A DNA stretch of 64,000 bases from Anaerolineae bacterium (GTDB lineage Bacteria > Chloroflexota > Anaerolineae > JACIWR01): assembly GCA_024653325.1 (NCBI GenBank), contig JANLFX010000003.1, positions 11,334-75,333 of the forward strand, read 5' to 3'. The stretch's first letter is position 1; each line of letters begins with the position of its first letter. The notes under the pieces were generated by a model. That model had not been told where the DNA came from, searched no databases, and saw only the letters and a program-made list of their open reading frames with translations. The translations under genes and the position numbers were made by a program. Below are positions 53,343-63,518 of this stretch, piece after piece.

Positions 53343-53357
53343 GAAAGGAATGCCCTC

Positions 53358-54611
53358 TTGAGCAAGAAATTGCTGACAGCCGATCTCGGCTTGATGCGCG
53401 ATTTCAACAAGGCCCTCGTCCTCAGTCTGATCCACCGTCAAGGAACTATCTCCCGAGCGGAAATTGCCAAACGAACTAACCTCAGCCGTTCCACGGTTTC
53501 CAACATCGCCACCGAGCTCCTGGCCGCCAATCTGGTCCGCGAATCGGGCATCGGTCAATCTCAAGGCGGAAGACGCCCCATTTTGCTTGAATTTAATTAC
53601 CAGGCCGGGTACGTAGTGGGTGTCGAATTAGGGGCCACTCATGTCGTGGTTATCGTGGCCGACCTGGAACCCAGGATCATCGTTGAGCTTGAGCAGGATT
53701 TCGATCTGACGATTGGGCCGGAGGCAGGTCTCTGCCGGGTGGCAGAACTGGCCCGACAGGCCCTGGCGCAGGCCGGGGTGAACCCAGAGCAGGTGGTGGG
53801 AATAGGTTTGGGGGTACCCGGCCCGGTCCGCCATGAAATGGGCACTGTGATTTTTCCTCCCATCATGCCCGGCTGGCACGGATTTCCCTTACGTGATCGT
53901 CTGGAAAAGGAATTGGGAACGGCGGTTTACCTGGACAACGACGCTAATCTGGGTGCCTTGGGGGAATGGGCCCATGGGGCTGGTCAAGGGGTGGACAATC
54001 TGGCTTATATCAAAGTGGGCACAGGCATCGGCTGTGGTCTGCTCATTGATGGCCAGATTTATCGGGGGCAGAGTGGCAGTGCCGGGGAGATAGGGCATAT
54101 CACTATTGACGAAAACGGCCCGCCGTGTCGGTGCGGTAACTACGGTTGCCTGGAGAGCATGGCCGCCGGACCGGCTATCGCCCATCGGGCACAATTGGCT
54201 ATCAAGGCGGGACAGGAAACTATGCTGAGCAAAGCAAAGCCTGTGGAGGAAATAACCGCCGCCGATGTGTCACGAGCTGCCTCTCAGGGTGATCCTCTCA
54301 GCCTGCAATTGTTCCACGAGGCGGGCCGGCACATCGGCGTGGCCCTGGCTGGTTTAATTAACCTTTTTAATCCCAAACTGGTGATCATCGGTGGTGGAGT
54401 GGCCCGGGCGGGGGATGTGCTGCTGGAACCCATCCGCCGCAGTGTGCAGAGCCACGGGCTGCGAACCGCCGTAGAAAATTGTCAGATTGTGCAAGCTCAG
54501 TTGGGCCGCGAGGCCACGGCCCTGGGGGCCGTGACCCTGGTTCTGGAAAAGATGTTCCGCAGTCCCCAACTGAGCCTTGCCGTTTCCACCCCTCTACCCG
54601 TTGGCCTTTGA
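53358..54611 (+). CDS. ROK-family transcriptional regulator (NagC/Mlc/XylR-like) with N-terminal HTH
   Basis: HTH TISRAEIAKRTNLSRSTVSNI; ROK sugar-kinase-like fold with GIGLGVPGP, and a CxCGxxGCxE zinc motif (CRCGNYGCLE). Confidence 0.85.
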   Translation: MSKKLLTADLGLMRDFNKALVLSLIHRQGTISRAEIAKRTNLSRSTVSNIATELLAANLVRESGIGQSQGGRRPILLEFNYQAGYVVGVELGATHVVVIVADLEPRIIVELEQDFDLTIGPEAGLCRVAELARQALAQAGVNPEQVVGIGLGVPGPVRHEMGTVIFPPIMPGWHGFPLRDRLEKELGTAVYLDNDANLGALGEWAHGAGQGVDNLAYIKVGTGIGCGLLIDGQIYRGQSGSAGEIGHITIDENGPPCRCGNYGCLESMAAGPAIAHRAQLAIKAGQETMLSKAKPVEEITAADVSRAASQGDPLSLQLFHEAGRHIGVALAGLINLFNPKLVIIGGGVARAGDVLLEPIRRSVQSHGLRTAVENCQIVQAQLGREATALGAVTLVLEKMFRSPQLSLAVSTPLPVGL

Positions 54612-54770
54612 TTGTCAGTAGTCAGGTCTGTCAGCAGGGTATTGGAAGACGAGGGTGTTTTCACGAAAGGGGGGATGTGTATAAAACACGTGCGAAGAGG
54701 CAGTGCTCGGATCCATTGACGGGCGAACGAATTTCAGTTGCCATGCAAATTACTAGGAGGAGATACGAAC

Positions 54771-56003
54771 ATGAAGAAGCTAGTTGGAATACTGACCATC
54801 ATGGTAGTCGCCAGCCTGCTGCTCACCGGCTGCCCCAAGGCTACCCCGGCCGCAGCCAAAGAGGTTAAGATTACCTTGTGGACCAAGGAAGGCGAGGCCG
54901 ATAACGCCCTGCAGTTCGTGAAGGCTCTATGCGACGCATACCATGCCCAACACGAGAACGTCACCTTCGAGGTGGTGAACAAGGATGTCGAGACCCTGCG
55001 GGAGGACTTCCAGACCGCCAGCCTGGCTGGCATGCCACCGGACCTGCTGTGGACGGTCAACGACCATGCCGGCCCCTTCACCACTGCCGACATCATCCAG
55101 CCGGTGGACAATCTGTTTGACCTGAGCAAGTATGTGGACTCAGCCGTGGCCGCCGTCAAGCTGAACGGCAAGACCTGGGGCGTGCCTATCGCCAACGGCA
55201 ACCACCTGATGCTGCTCTACAACAAGGACCTCATCGCCGAAGCGCCTAAGGACACTGATGAATTGTTCGCCAAAGGCAAGGAACTGGCCTCTGGCGAGCA
55301 GTACGGCCTGGTTTGGAACCAGACCGAGCCCTTCTGGCTGGTGCCCTGGCTGGGTGGCTTTGGCGGCGCGGTGTTCGCCGAGGATGGGAAGACCCCCACT
55401 CTCAACACCCCGGAGATGGTGGCTACCCTGAAGTTCCTGCATGACATGAAGTATGATGCCAAGATCATCCCACCAGAGAGCGACTATAACGGGGCTGATA
55501 CTCTCTTCAAAGAGGGCAAGGCAGCCATGATCATCAATGGTGACTGGTCCCTGGGTGGCTATAAAGATATTCTGGGTGACAAGCTGGGCGTGGCCCCCAT
55601 CCCCAAGGTCACGGCTACCGGCCAGTGGCCCAAGCCCTACACCAGTGGCGTGTTCTTTATGCTGCCCAAGGGTCTGTCCGGCGATAAGCTGGAAGTCGTC
55701 AAAGACTTCATCACCTTCGTCACCAACAAGGACAACCAGTTGGAGATGGTGAGAAAGCTGACCCGCCTGCCGGCCTTGAAGGAAGCGCTGAGTGACCCGC
55801 TGATCGCCAGTGACCCGATCCTGAAGGGCTCGGCTGAGCAGATGACCTACGGCACGCCGATGCCCACCGTCGTGGAGATGCGCTGCAACTGGGACGCCAT
55901 GAAGCCCGAGATGCAGGCTGTGCTGGCCGATACCAAGACCCCGCAGGACGCCGCTGCCGCCATGCAGGCAGCCGCCGAGGCTTGTATCGCTGCCCTGGAA
56001 TAG
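54771..56003 (+). CDS. ABC transporter substrate-binding lipoprotein, family 1 (maltose/maltodextrin-binding, MalE-like)
   Basis: Lipobox LLLTGC; the fold resembles maltodextrin-binding proteins (KITLWTKEGE..., GDWSLGGY...); internal ATG with SD TAGGAGGAG. Confidence 0.8.
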   Translation: MKKLVGILTIMVVASLLLTGCPKATPAAAKEVKITLWTKEGEADNALQFVKALCDAYHAQHENVTFEVVNKDVETLREDFQTASLAGMPPDLLWTVNDHAGPFTTADIIQPVDNLFDLSKYVDSAVAAVKLNGKTWGVPIANGNHLMLLYNKDLIAEAPKDTDELFAKGKELASGEQYGLVWNQTEPFWLVPWLGGFGGAVFAEDGKTPTLNTPEMVATLKFLHDMKYDAKIIPPESDYNGADTLFKEGKAAMIINGDWSLGGYKDILGDKLGVAPIPKVTATGQWPKPYTSGVFFMLPKGLSGDKLEVVKDFITFVTNKDNQLEMVRKLTRLPALKEALSDPLIASDPILKGSAEQMTYGTPMPTVVEMRCNWDAMKPEMQAVLADTKTPQDAAAAMQAAAEACIAALE

Positions 56004-56020
56004 ACTGCTAAAGCGCTAGG

Positions 56021-56051
56021 GACGAGGAACGGGGAAACCCCGTTCCTCGTC
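56021..56051 (+). terminator. 14-bp perfect stem hairpin (GACGAGGAACGGGG-AAA-CCCCGTTCCTCGTC) between the binding-protein and permease genes
   Basis: Classic intra-operon partial terminator/attenuator position for ABC-transporter operons. Confidence 0.6.
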
Positions 56052-56158
56052 TGCTTATCCGTGGCATACGGTCAACGTGCCGGAGGCCTGGGGTTGTTGA
56101 TGCCCCTGGCAGCGAAGGCCCCGGTAGCGGCTTGTGTTGGTAGGAAGGAGGTTTCTCG

Positions 56159-57178
56159 ATGGGAGGATTGACACCTCAAACTATCACCCGTAGCCTGGGA
56201 CAGGTGGGCATCACGGTTATCTTTATCCTGGTAGCCACCGTGGTGATTGAACTGGCTCTGTATTTTCTCCTGGGCAAAGCTTTGCGCAGTAAATACACGC
56301 TGCCCTTCATGCTGGTAGCCCCGGCAGCCATCGGCTTAGCTTTGTTGGTTGTGTACCCTATCGGTTTTGAGGTTGCTCTGGCTTTCAGTAACATGAGCCT
56401 GAAAACCTTTAAAAACCCCACCTTTGGGCTGGTTCAGGGGTGGAACAATTTCAAAACGGTTTTCACCCAGCCCGTGCTGAAACAGGTTGGTTTCTTCCCC
56501 ATTTTTTTCCACACAGTACTGTGGACGGTTATAAACCTGGTGTTTCACGTCACCGGGGGCATGGCCCTGGCTCTGTTGCTCAACCGCCCCATGCGCCTGC
56601 GCGGGCTTTACCGCACCCTCTTGGTCTTCCCCTGGGCCATCCCGCAGGTCATCGCCTGCCTGGCCTGGCGTGGGGAGTTCCACTTCGAGTACGGGTTTGT
56701 CAACGTCATGCTGACTCGTCTGGGCCTGACGCCTATCAAGTGGTTGACCAACCCTTTTTGGAACTTTGCTGCCATCTGTATTACTAACATCTGGCTGGGC
56801 ATCCCTTTCATGGCGGTCATCTTTCTCGGTGGGTTGCAGAGCATTCCCAGGGATATGTACGAGGCGGCGGAGATGGATGGCGCTTCCGCCTGGCAGCAGT
56901 TCCGTAATATTACTTTGCCGTTGATGCAGCCAGTGATGACCCCGGCCATTATCCTGGGCACTATCTGGACTTTCAACAATTTCAACGTGCCCTTTTTCAT
57001 CAATCAGAACGAGCTCGAGACGTCGGACATTCTGGTCACGGCCTTGTTCAGAGCGGCTTTTGAATACAACCGCTATGGCTTTTCTGCGGCCTTCGCCATC
57101 GTCATTTTCGCCATCCTGTTCATTTTCGCCGTGCTCTATATCCGCGCTACAGGCGGTCTGAAAGGGGTGTACGAATGA
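56159..57178 (+). CDS. carbohydrate ABC transporter permease (MalF-like)
   Basis: 6-TM permease with the EAA loop (YEAAEMDGASAWQQFRNITLPL). Confidence 0.85.
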   Translation: MGGLTPQTITRSLGQVGITVIFILVATVVIELALYFLLGKALRSKYTLPFMLVAPAAIGLALLVVYPIGFEVALAFSNMSLKTFKNPTFGLVQGWNNFKTVFTQPVLKQVGFFPIFFHTVLWTVINLVFHVTGGMALALLLNRPMRLRGLYRTLLVFPWAIPQVIACLAWRGEFHFEYGFVNVMLTRLGLTPIKWLTNPFWNFAAICITNIWLGIPFMAVIFLGGLQSIPRDMYEAAEMDGASAWQQFRNITLPLMQPVMTPAIILGTIWTFNNFNVPFFINQNELETSDILVTALFRAAFEYNRYGFSAAFAIVIFAILFIFAVLYIRATGGLKGVYE

Positions 57179-58068
57179 GTGCTCAAGCCAAGCTGCGTCA
57201 GGAAAGAACTGCGTTTTACCGCTTCTTTCATGCTGGCCGCGGGGACAGCCCCTTCAAACGGTTGCTGATTCACCTGGCTTTGATTTTTTCCTGTGTCGTC
57301 GCCGTTTACCCTGTGCTGCGTGTATTCAGCGTCTCCCTCCGTCCAGGCAACCGGCTGCTATCCACTTCGCTGGCCATCATTCCCGACGACGCCTCCCTCG
57401 GCAACTACATCAGGTTGCTTACCGAGAAGGATTTCCTGCTCTGGATCTGGAACAGCCTGGTCATCACGATGGCCACGGCCATCATCGGCGTGATCCTGGC
57501 TGCCACTTCAGCCTACGCTTTCTCGCGCTGGAAATTCCCTGGCCGGTCGGCGGGATTGGTCTTCCTGCTTACCACCCAGATGATCCCTGCGGCCATGCTG
57601 ATGGTTCCTATTTACATCATGGCTGCCCGTCTCAAGTTGATCAATACCTACATAGGTTTGACGATAGCCTATTGTGTCAGTTCAGTGCCTTTCAGCATCT
57701 GGATTCTAAAAGGCTATTACGACACCGTTCCCATTGACCTGGAAGAAGCCGCTGAGATAGACGGCTGTTCAAAAATATCCTCTTTTCTGCGTGTGTTGTT
57801 GCCCCTTTCTACCCCGGCCCTGGCCATTGTCTTCCTGTTCAATTTTATGACCGCCTGGAATGACTTCATGCTGGCCCGCATCATGCTACAGCAAGAGGCG
57901 ATGCTGACCTGGACGTTGGGTTTGCAGCGCCTGCAGGGCCAATTTCAGACCGAGTGGGGCATGTTCGCCGCCGCTTCCATCCTGGTCATGGTGCCGGTCA
58001 TGTCCCTGTTCTTGTATTCCAGCAAGTGGCTGATCTCCGGTCTGACCCTGGGGGCGGTGAAGGGCTAG
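57175..58068 (+). CDS. carbohydrate ABC transporter permease (MalG-like)
   Basis: EAA loop LEEAAEIDGCSKISSFLRVLLPLSTPAL; 4-nt overlap with the upstream permease gene. Confidence 0.85.
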   Translation: MSAQAKLRQERTAFYRFFHAGRGDSPFKRLLIHLALIFSCVVAVYPVLRVFSVSLRPGNRLLSTSLAIIPDDASLGNYIRLLTEKDFLLWIWNSLVITMATAIIGVILAATSAYAFSRWKFPGRSAGLVFLLTTQMIPAAMLMVPIYIMAARLKLINTYIGLTIAYCVSSVPFSIWILKGYYDTVPIDLEEAAEIDGCSKISSFLRVLLPLSTPALAIVFLFNFMTAWNDFMLARIMLQQEAMLTWTLGLQRLQGQFQTEWGMFAAASILVMVPVMSLFLYSSKWLISGLTLGAVKG

Positions 58069-58180
58069 TCGCTGGTTACTGGCTGCTGGTCAAGTGTTGG
58101 GCATGCTCTCCCGACCGTGCCCCTGACCGGTCAGGAGACCGGCCAGAAGCGTTTTTCGGAGAAGATACCGGGAGAGATAG

Positions 58181-60400
58181 ATGCAATCCACTCATAGCAT
58201 AACCGAGACCGAAGAGCGCATCGTGCTCTGTACACCCTATCTGGAGATAGGCTTCTCCAAGAAGAACGGGGCTTTGAATCTGTTGTGTCCGCCCGGCGCC
58301 GACGGGAACTGGATCGGTCACGGCGAGCCCATCGCCACCCTGGACGCCCGATTAGGCACGCGCTGGCTGGGAACGGAACATGCGGCACGCTTCCTTGCCC
58401 ACACCATCGAGCCGGTAACAGAAGGGGTGAAGTTCAGCGTTTCGGTTGAGCTGGGCCCGCTGCGCCTGCACGACGTGTACACCATCAGCGGGTCACTGAT
58501 CGAGCGGCGAATCGTGGTGGAAAACGCGGGCGACGCCGAGGTGCAGCTCAACGGTGTGCGGCTCATCGTGCCCTGGGCTTGCATCAGTGCGCCGGACGGG
58601 TGTCGGTTCGAGGCTCCGGGCACGGCGGTGCGCCCCCGTCTGCCCCTGGCGGTAGCCGCGCGGGAACGGCTTGGCCGTTCACCCAGTGAGGAGTTCGCGC
58701 CTGCCGCCCCGGCACGGTGGGGGCTGGCCATGGAGGATGCCCCCGATTGCACGCCGGGGTTGCTGGCCGTGCACCATGCAGCTAGCAGCGAGACCCTTCT
58801 GTGCTGGTACTCCAGCGAGGTCGAGGCTGGTACGCCCCGCGTGGACGGCAACGGCGTCGCGGTCAGCCTGATCCACGAGCCGATCCTGGCCGGATGGCTG
58901 GCTCCGGGCCGGTCACTGGCGGGCGGCTCGCAGTTCCTCCTGTTGCATCATGGCTCGTGGGACGAAGCGCTGTCCGCCTTCCGCGCTCACTATCAGCGCG
59001 TCGGCATCCTGCCCCCGCTCTACGGCTGCCCGCCCGCCTGGGTGCGGGAGGCGGCTATTTATGAGGTACACCCAGGTCAGTTCAGCGGCTTCCGTGGCCT
59101 GGCCGAGGCCCTGCCGCGTCTGCGGGAAATGGGCATCAACACCTTGTATCTGATGCCCATCTGGACCTACGACAACCGCAACGGCCAAATCTGGGACGAG
59201 AACTGGACGGGCAGCGGCAGCCCTTATGCCATGCGCGACTTCGAGCAATTCGAGCCGACGCTGGGCAGCGGTGAGGACTTCCGCCATCTGGTGAACGAGG
59301 CCCATCGCCTGGGGATGCGCCTGCTGCTGGATTTCGTAGCCCAAGGCTGCGCCCTGGATGCGCGCTACGTGAGCGAGCATCCGGAGTGGTTCTGCCGCGA
59401 CGAGGCGGGCAGCCTGGTCTCTTCCCACGGCTGGATTGACACCTACTCCTTCGATTGGGCCAATCCCGACTACCACGATTACATGCTGGGCTGGAGTCTG
59501 CGCCTGCTGTGCGAGTACGGCTTCGACGGCTATCGCGTGGATGCTCCACATGGCAAAGAGCCCAACTGGGACCGGCGTATCCCTTATCACGCCAGCGCCA
59601 CCAACCTGGGCGTGTTGCGCCTGCTGGAACGGCTGCAAAAGGGTATCAAAGAAATTAACCCCCAGGCCGTGCTGCTGTGCGAGCTTTTCGGTCCGGTCTT
59701 CGTCAAATCGCACGACCTGGCCTACGATTACCTACCCTGTGTCCAGACCTACCAGCTCCTGCAGCAGCGACTCACCCCCTGGGAGTGGGGTGAGTGGGTG
59801 CGCGATCATTTCGCCTCCCTGCCGGAAGATGCGGTGCGCGTCTGTTTCGTGGAGACGCACGACACGCGAAGCTTCCAGCCACCAGCCTACGGCTGGCGCG
59901 GCTCGCAGCTCAGCCGGGCGGGGTTCGCCGCCCTGCTGCTGGCCGGATTCGTGCCCATGATCTGGAGTGGGCAGGAGCAGGGTCAGGAGGACTTCTACCG
60001 CCACCTGCTGCGGGCGCGGCGGGAATCGGTGGCGCTGCGGGAAGGGGAAAGACTGTTCAACGCTGTCGGTTGCGATAACGAATGGGTGCTCAGCATCGTC
60101 CGCCGCCACAAAAGTGAAGTGGTGTGGGGCGTGATCAACCTCTGGCCGGAGAAGCGCACCCACCGTTTTGAGTTCCCTGTAGCCGAGTTAGGATTGGACT
60201 TCCAGGCCCGTTACCGCCTGCACGACCTGGTCAGCGGGCGCGATTGGCACGAGTACGGCCAGACGGCCTGGACCGGTGAAGAACTGGCCCGCTGCCTGCT
60301 GACGCCGCAGCCGTTCGTGCCTTACTTCTTCGCCTTTGCAGGTGACCGGCACCTTGGAGGTGCCGGTCACCTGGACAGAATCAGGAGGTCGAAGCGATGA
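58181..60400 (+). CDS. GH13 alpha-amylase-family glycoside hydrolase with a 300-aa N-terminal domain of unknown function (cytoplasmic)
   Basis: GH13 regions: YGFDGYRVDAPHG (nucleophile Asp), LLCELFG (Glu), FVETHD; no signal peptide. Confidence 0.8.
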   Translation: MQSTHSITETEERIVLCTPYLEIGFSKKNGALNLLCPPGADGNWIGHGEPIATLDARLGTRWLGTEHAARFLAHTIEPVTEGVKFSVSVELGPLRLHDVYTISGSLIERRIVVENAGDAEVQLNGVRLIVPWACISAPDGCRFEAPGTAVRPRLPLAVAARERLGRSPSEEFAPAAPARWGLAMEDAPDCTPGLLAVHHAASSETLLCWYSSEVEAGTPRVDGNGVAVSLIHEPILAGWLAPGRSLAGGSQFLLLHHGSWDEALSAFRAHYQRVGILPPLYGCPPAWVREAAIYEVHPGQFSGFRGLAEALPRLREMGINTLYLMPIWTYDNRNGQIWDENWTGSGSPYAMRDFEQFEPTLGSGEDFRHLVNEAHRLGMRLLLDFVAQGCALDARYVSEHPEWFCRDEAGSLVSSHGWIDTYSFDWANPDYHDYMLGWSLRLLCEYGFDGYRVDAPHGKEPNWDRRIPYHASATNLGVLRLLERLQKGIKEINPQAVLLCELFGPVFVKSHDLAYDYLPCVQTYQLLQQRLTPWEWGEWVRDHFASLPEDAVRVCFVETHDTRSFQPPAYGWRGSQLSRAGFAALLLAGFVPMIWSGQEQGQEDFYRHLLRARRESVALREGERLFNAVGCDNEWVLSIVRRHKSEVVWGVINLWPEKRTHRFEFPVAELGLDFQARYRLHDLVSGRDWHEYGQTAWTGEELARCLLTPQPFVPYFFAFAGDRHLGGAGHLDRIRRSKR

Positions 60401-63400
60401 AACGCTGGTCTATACTTTTACTTGTGGGTTTGATGCTGGCCGCAAATCTGCTGGGCGGCTGCCAGCCCAAGAAGCAACCCCTGTACGTGATGCTGATGTG
60501 GCACCAGCATCAACCCTATTACGCCCCGGACGAAAACGGCGTCTTCACCCGGCCCTGGGTGCGCGTGCACGCCACCAAAGATTACTACGACATGGCTGCT
60601 ATCCTCAAGGACTACCCCAAGGGGCATATTACTTTTAACCTGACACCCGTGCTCATCCGCCAACTGGACGAACTGGCCGCTGGGGCCAAAGATAACTACT
60701 GGGTGCTGGCCGAGAAGCCCGCTGCCGAGCTAACCGACGACGAGAAGCGCTTCATCCTACGCCGCTTCTTCGACGCCAACTGGGACAACATCATCGGGCG
60801 CTTCCCTCGTTACAAGGAACTGCTGGACAAACGAGGTGGCAGCGACGAGGCGGCCATCGAAGCCGCACTGTCCAGCTTCAGCGAACAGGACTTCCGCGAC
60901 CTGCAAGTGTGGTTCAATCTGGCCTGGTTCGACCCTGATTTCCTGGCCGAGGAGCCGTTGAAGAGCCTAGTGGATAAGGGCCGCGACTTCAGCGAGGCCG
61001 ACAAGGCGGTCATCTTCGATAAGGCGCGGGAGGTCATTGAGGCAGTTATTCCCTTGCACAAAGAACTGCAAGACAAAGGCCAGATAGAAGTGGCCATCAC
61101 CCCGTATGCCCACCCCATCCTGCCCCTTATCTACAACAGCGATCTGGCCGCCATTGGCGACCCGGCGGCGGAACTGCCGGAGCGCTTCTCCTACCCGCCG
61201 GACGTGGTGGCCCATCTGACGCGAGCGGCGGAGGTTTACCAGGCCCACTACGGGCGCCAGCAGCGCGGCCTGTGGCCTGGCGAGGGAGCGGTGGCTCAGG
61301 ACATCGTCAAAATGGTGGCCGAAGCTGGTTTCACCTGGATAGCCAGCGGCGAGCACGTCCTGGCCAAATCCCTGGGCCTGGACGGCTTCACCCGCGATAG
61401 CCAGGAGGTCGTTCAGGAGGCCGATGCCCTGTATCGCCCTTACTACGTGCGCTACCAGGACGGGCCGCGGGTAGCCGTCTTCTTCCGTGACCTGCGCCTC
61501 TCGGATTTGATTGGCTTCGAGTACTCCAATTGGGATGGCGAGCAAGCCGCCGACGATCTCATCGCCCGCCTGCAGGCCATCAAAGCCCGCCTGGATGAGG
61601 AGGGTGCTCAGGGGCCACACGTGGTCAGCATCATTTTGGATGGGGAAAACGCCTGGGAGTACTACCCTAACGACGGTAAGGCTTTCCTGCACGCCCTGTA
61701 CGACCGGCTGGGCAACACCCCCGGCATCCAGACCATCACGCCCTCTGAGTACATCAAAAAATTCCCGCAGCAGCGCGAGATCGAAAACCTGTGGCCCGGA
61801 GCGTGGTTTAGTTCCGACTACGGCACCTGGATCGGCGAACCAGAGGAAGCTCAGGCCTGGGCTCTCTTGGGTAAGACGCGCAACATGCTGGCCGCCTACG
61901 ACCTCTTCAAGCGCAAGACAGCTCCTCCCGAGGTTTTGAACGAAGCCCTCGATTGGATGTACCTGGCCGAAGGGTCGGACTGGTTCTGGTGGTACGGCGC
62001 GGACCAGGATTCGGGCCAGGACGAGTACTTCGACGGTATTTTCCGCACCCTGCAAAGGAAAGTCTACGAGACGCTGGGCGAGCCGGTGCCGGACGCTCTG
62101 GCGGTGCCCATCATTCCGGCCAAGGCTGTCCCTCCCACGCGGGGCGCGACCGGCGTCATCTCGCCAACGGTAGACGGGCGGGTCGAGCCCGCCGATGAAT
62201 GGGATGCCGCCGGATATTATGAAGTGAGCGGTGGAGCGCAGGCCCGCGCCGAGGACGTGGTCAGCGCCTTGTATTACGGCTACGACGCCAAAAATCTCTA
62301 CTTCCGCCTGGACACCCGCCAGAACTGGGCGGACCTGGGCAGCCCGCTTTACGCAGGGGTTTACTTTTCCGTGCCCCGCGCCGAGGCGACCATTCCCTTC
62401 TCGCGGCTGGGGGCAGCCACTGAGCCCAAGACCCTGTTGGGCTTTCAGGCCAGCCATTTGGCCGAGGTGAAAATCTCGAACGGACAGGCCGAGGCCAGCC
62501 TGTTCACCGCCGATAAGTTCGGCAACTGGGCCAGCCCGCAGGGCCTGCCGGCAGTGGCCGTGACGGGCAAAGTGCTGGAGTGGGCTGTGCCTTTCGAGCT
62601 GCTGGGCGAGGTGGAGGCCGGCGACATCATGAACCTGGTGACCATCGCCAGCCTGGGTGAGCGCGACGTGCAGAGCGTGCCCGCTACCGGCCCCGTGCAG
62701 GTGATCATCCCCGACCTGGGCAAGACCACCGTGGTTCTTTCCGTGGACGACCCGGCGAACGACGATCACGGCCCCGGCAGCTACACCTACCCCACCGACG
62801 GTGTCTTCGAGCCGCAAGTTTTCGATTTGCAGCAGTTCACCGTGGGTTACGACGAGAAGAACCTGGTATGCAAGTTCAAGATGTATGGTCCCATCAACAA
62901 CGTATGGGGTTCGCCCATCAACCTCTCGGTGCAGACCTTTGACGTGTACATTGACACCGACCCTGGGGCTGGTACCGGCAGCCGCTTGCTGCTGGAGGGC
63001 CGCAACGCCGCTTTGATCGAGGGTAACGGCTGGGATTACGCCATCTGGGTGGAGGGCTGGCATCAGAAAGTGATCCGCCCCGACGCGCAGGGCAAACCGC
63101 AGGACATGAGCGGCGTGGGGATCAAGGTCATCGTGGACCCGGCCCAGCAGCAGGTAACCATCCGCGTGCCGCTGAGCGTCTTCGGCGAGGGGGCTGATCC
63201 GACAAAGTGGGGTTACGCAGCGGCGGTGCTCAGCCAGGACGGGTTCCCCTCGCCGGGGGTGCGCCGCGTGCGCGACATCCTGCCCAGCGCCGAACAGTGG
63301 CGTTGCGGCGGTGCTCCCGACGATACTAACCACACCCGCATCATGGACCTGGCCTGGCCGGCTGGGGTATCTCCCACCCAGGAGGAAATGCTCAGCACCT

Positions 63401-63477
63401 ATCCCGCCTCGCAAGAGAAGAACATGGATGCCCTGAGCGCGGACGACTTTGCACAAGTGGAGCTCTTGAGGCCATAA
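60397..63477 (+). CDS. GH57-family glycoside hydrolase lipoprotein (amylopullulanase / alpha-glucan-processing) with tandem C-terminal beta-sandwich domains
   Basis: Lipobox LLGGC; GH57 hallmarks MLMWHQHQPYY, HATKDYYDMA, LWPGEGAV (nucleophile Glu region), IILDGENAWEY; two C-terminal repeats of the YYGYDAKNLYFRLD / TVGYDEKNLVCKFKM type. Confidence 0.8.
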   Translation: MKRWSILLLVGLMLAANLLGGCQPKKQPLYVMLMWHQHQPYYAPDENGVFTRPWVRVHATKDYYDMAAILKDYPKGHITFNLTPVLIRQLDELAAGAKDNYWVLAEKPAAELTDDEKRFILRRFFDANWDNIIGRFPRYKELLDKRGGSDEAAIEAALSSFSEQDFRDLQVWFNLAWFDPDFLAEEPLKSLVDKGRDFSEADKAVIFDKAREVIEAVIPLHKELQDKGQIEVAITPYAHPILPLIYNSDLAAIGDPAAELPERFSYPPDVVAHLTRAAEVYQAHYGRQQRGLWPGEGAVAQDIVKMVAEAGFTWIASGEHVLAKSLGLDGFTRDSQEVVQEADALYRPYYVRYQDGPRVAVFFRDLRLSDLIGFEYSNWDGEQAADDLIARLQAIKARLDEEGAQGPHVVSIILDGENAWEYYPNDGKAFLHALYDRLGNTPGIQTITPSEYIKKFPQQREIENLWPGAWFSSDYGTWIGEPEEAQAWALLGKTRNMLAAYDLFKRKTAPPEVLNEALDWMYLAEGSDWFWWYGADQDSGQDEYFDGIFRTLQRKVYETLGEPVPDALAVPIIPAKAVPPTRGATGVISPTVDGRVEPADEWDAAGYYEVSGGAQARAEDVVSALYYGYDAKNLYFRLDTRQNWADLGSPLYAGVYFSVPRAEATIPFSRLGAATEPKTLLGFQASHLAEVKISNGQAEASLFTADKFGNWASPQGLPAVAVTGKVLEWAVPFELLGEVEAGDIMNLVTIASLGERDVQSVPATGPVQVIIPDLGKTTVVLSVDDPANDDHGPGSYTYPTDGVFEPQVFDLQQFTVGYDEKNLVCKFKMYGPINNVWGSPINLSVQTFDVYIDTDPGAGTGSRLLLEGRNAALIEGNGWDYAIWVEGWHQKVIRPDAQGKPQDMSGVGIKVIVDPAQQQVTIRVPLSVFGEGADPTKWGYAAAVLSQDGFPSPGVRRVRDILPSAEQWRCGGAPDDTNHTRIMDLAWPAGVSPTQEEMLSTYPASQEKNMDALSADDFAQVELLRP

Positions 63478-63480
63478 CAG

Positions 63481-63518
63481 AAAGGTGCGACGCACTTCCA
63501 AAAGTGCGTCGCACCTTT
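63481..63518 (+). terminator. 17-bp perfect stem hairpin AAAGGTGCGACGCACTT-CCAA-AAGTGCGTCGCACCTTT downstream of the GH57 gene
   Basis: Lies 4 nt after the stop codon; a strong stem without a clean U-tract. Confidence 0.6.
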
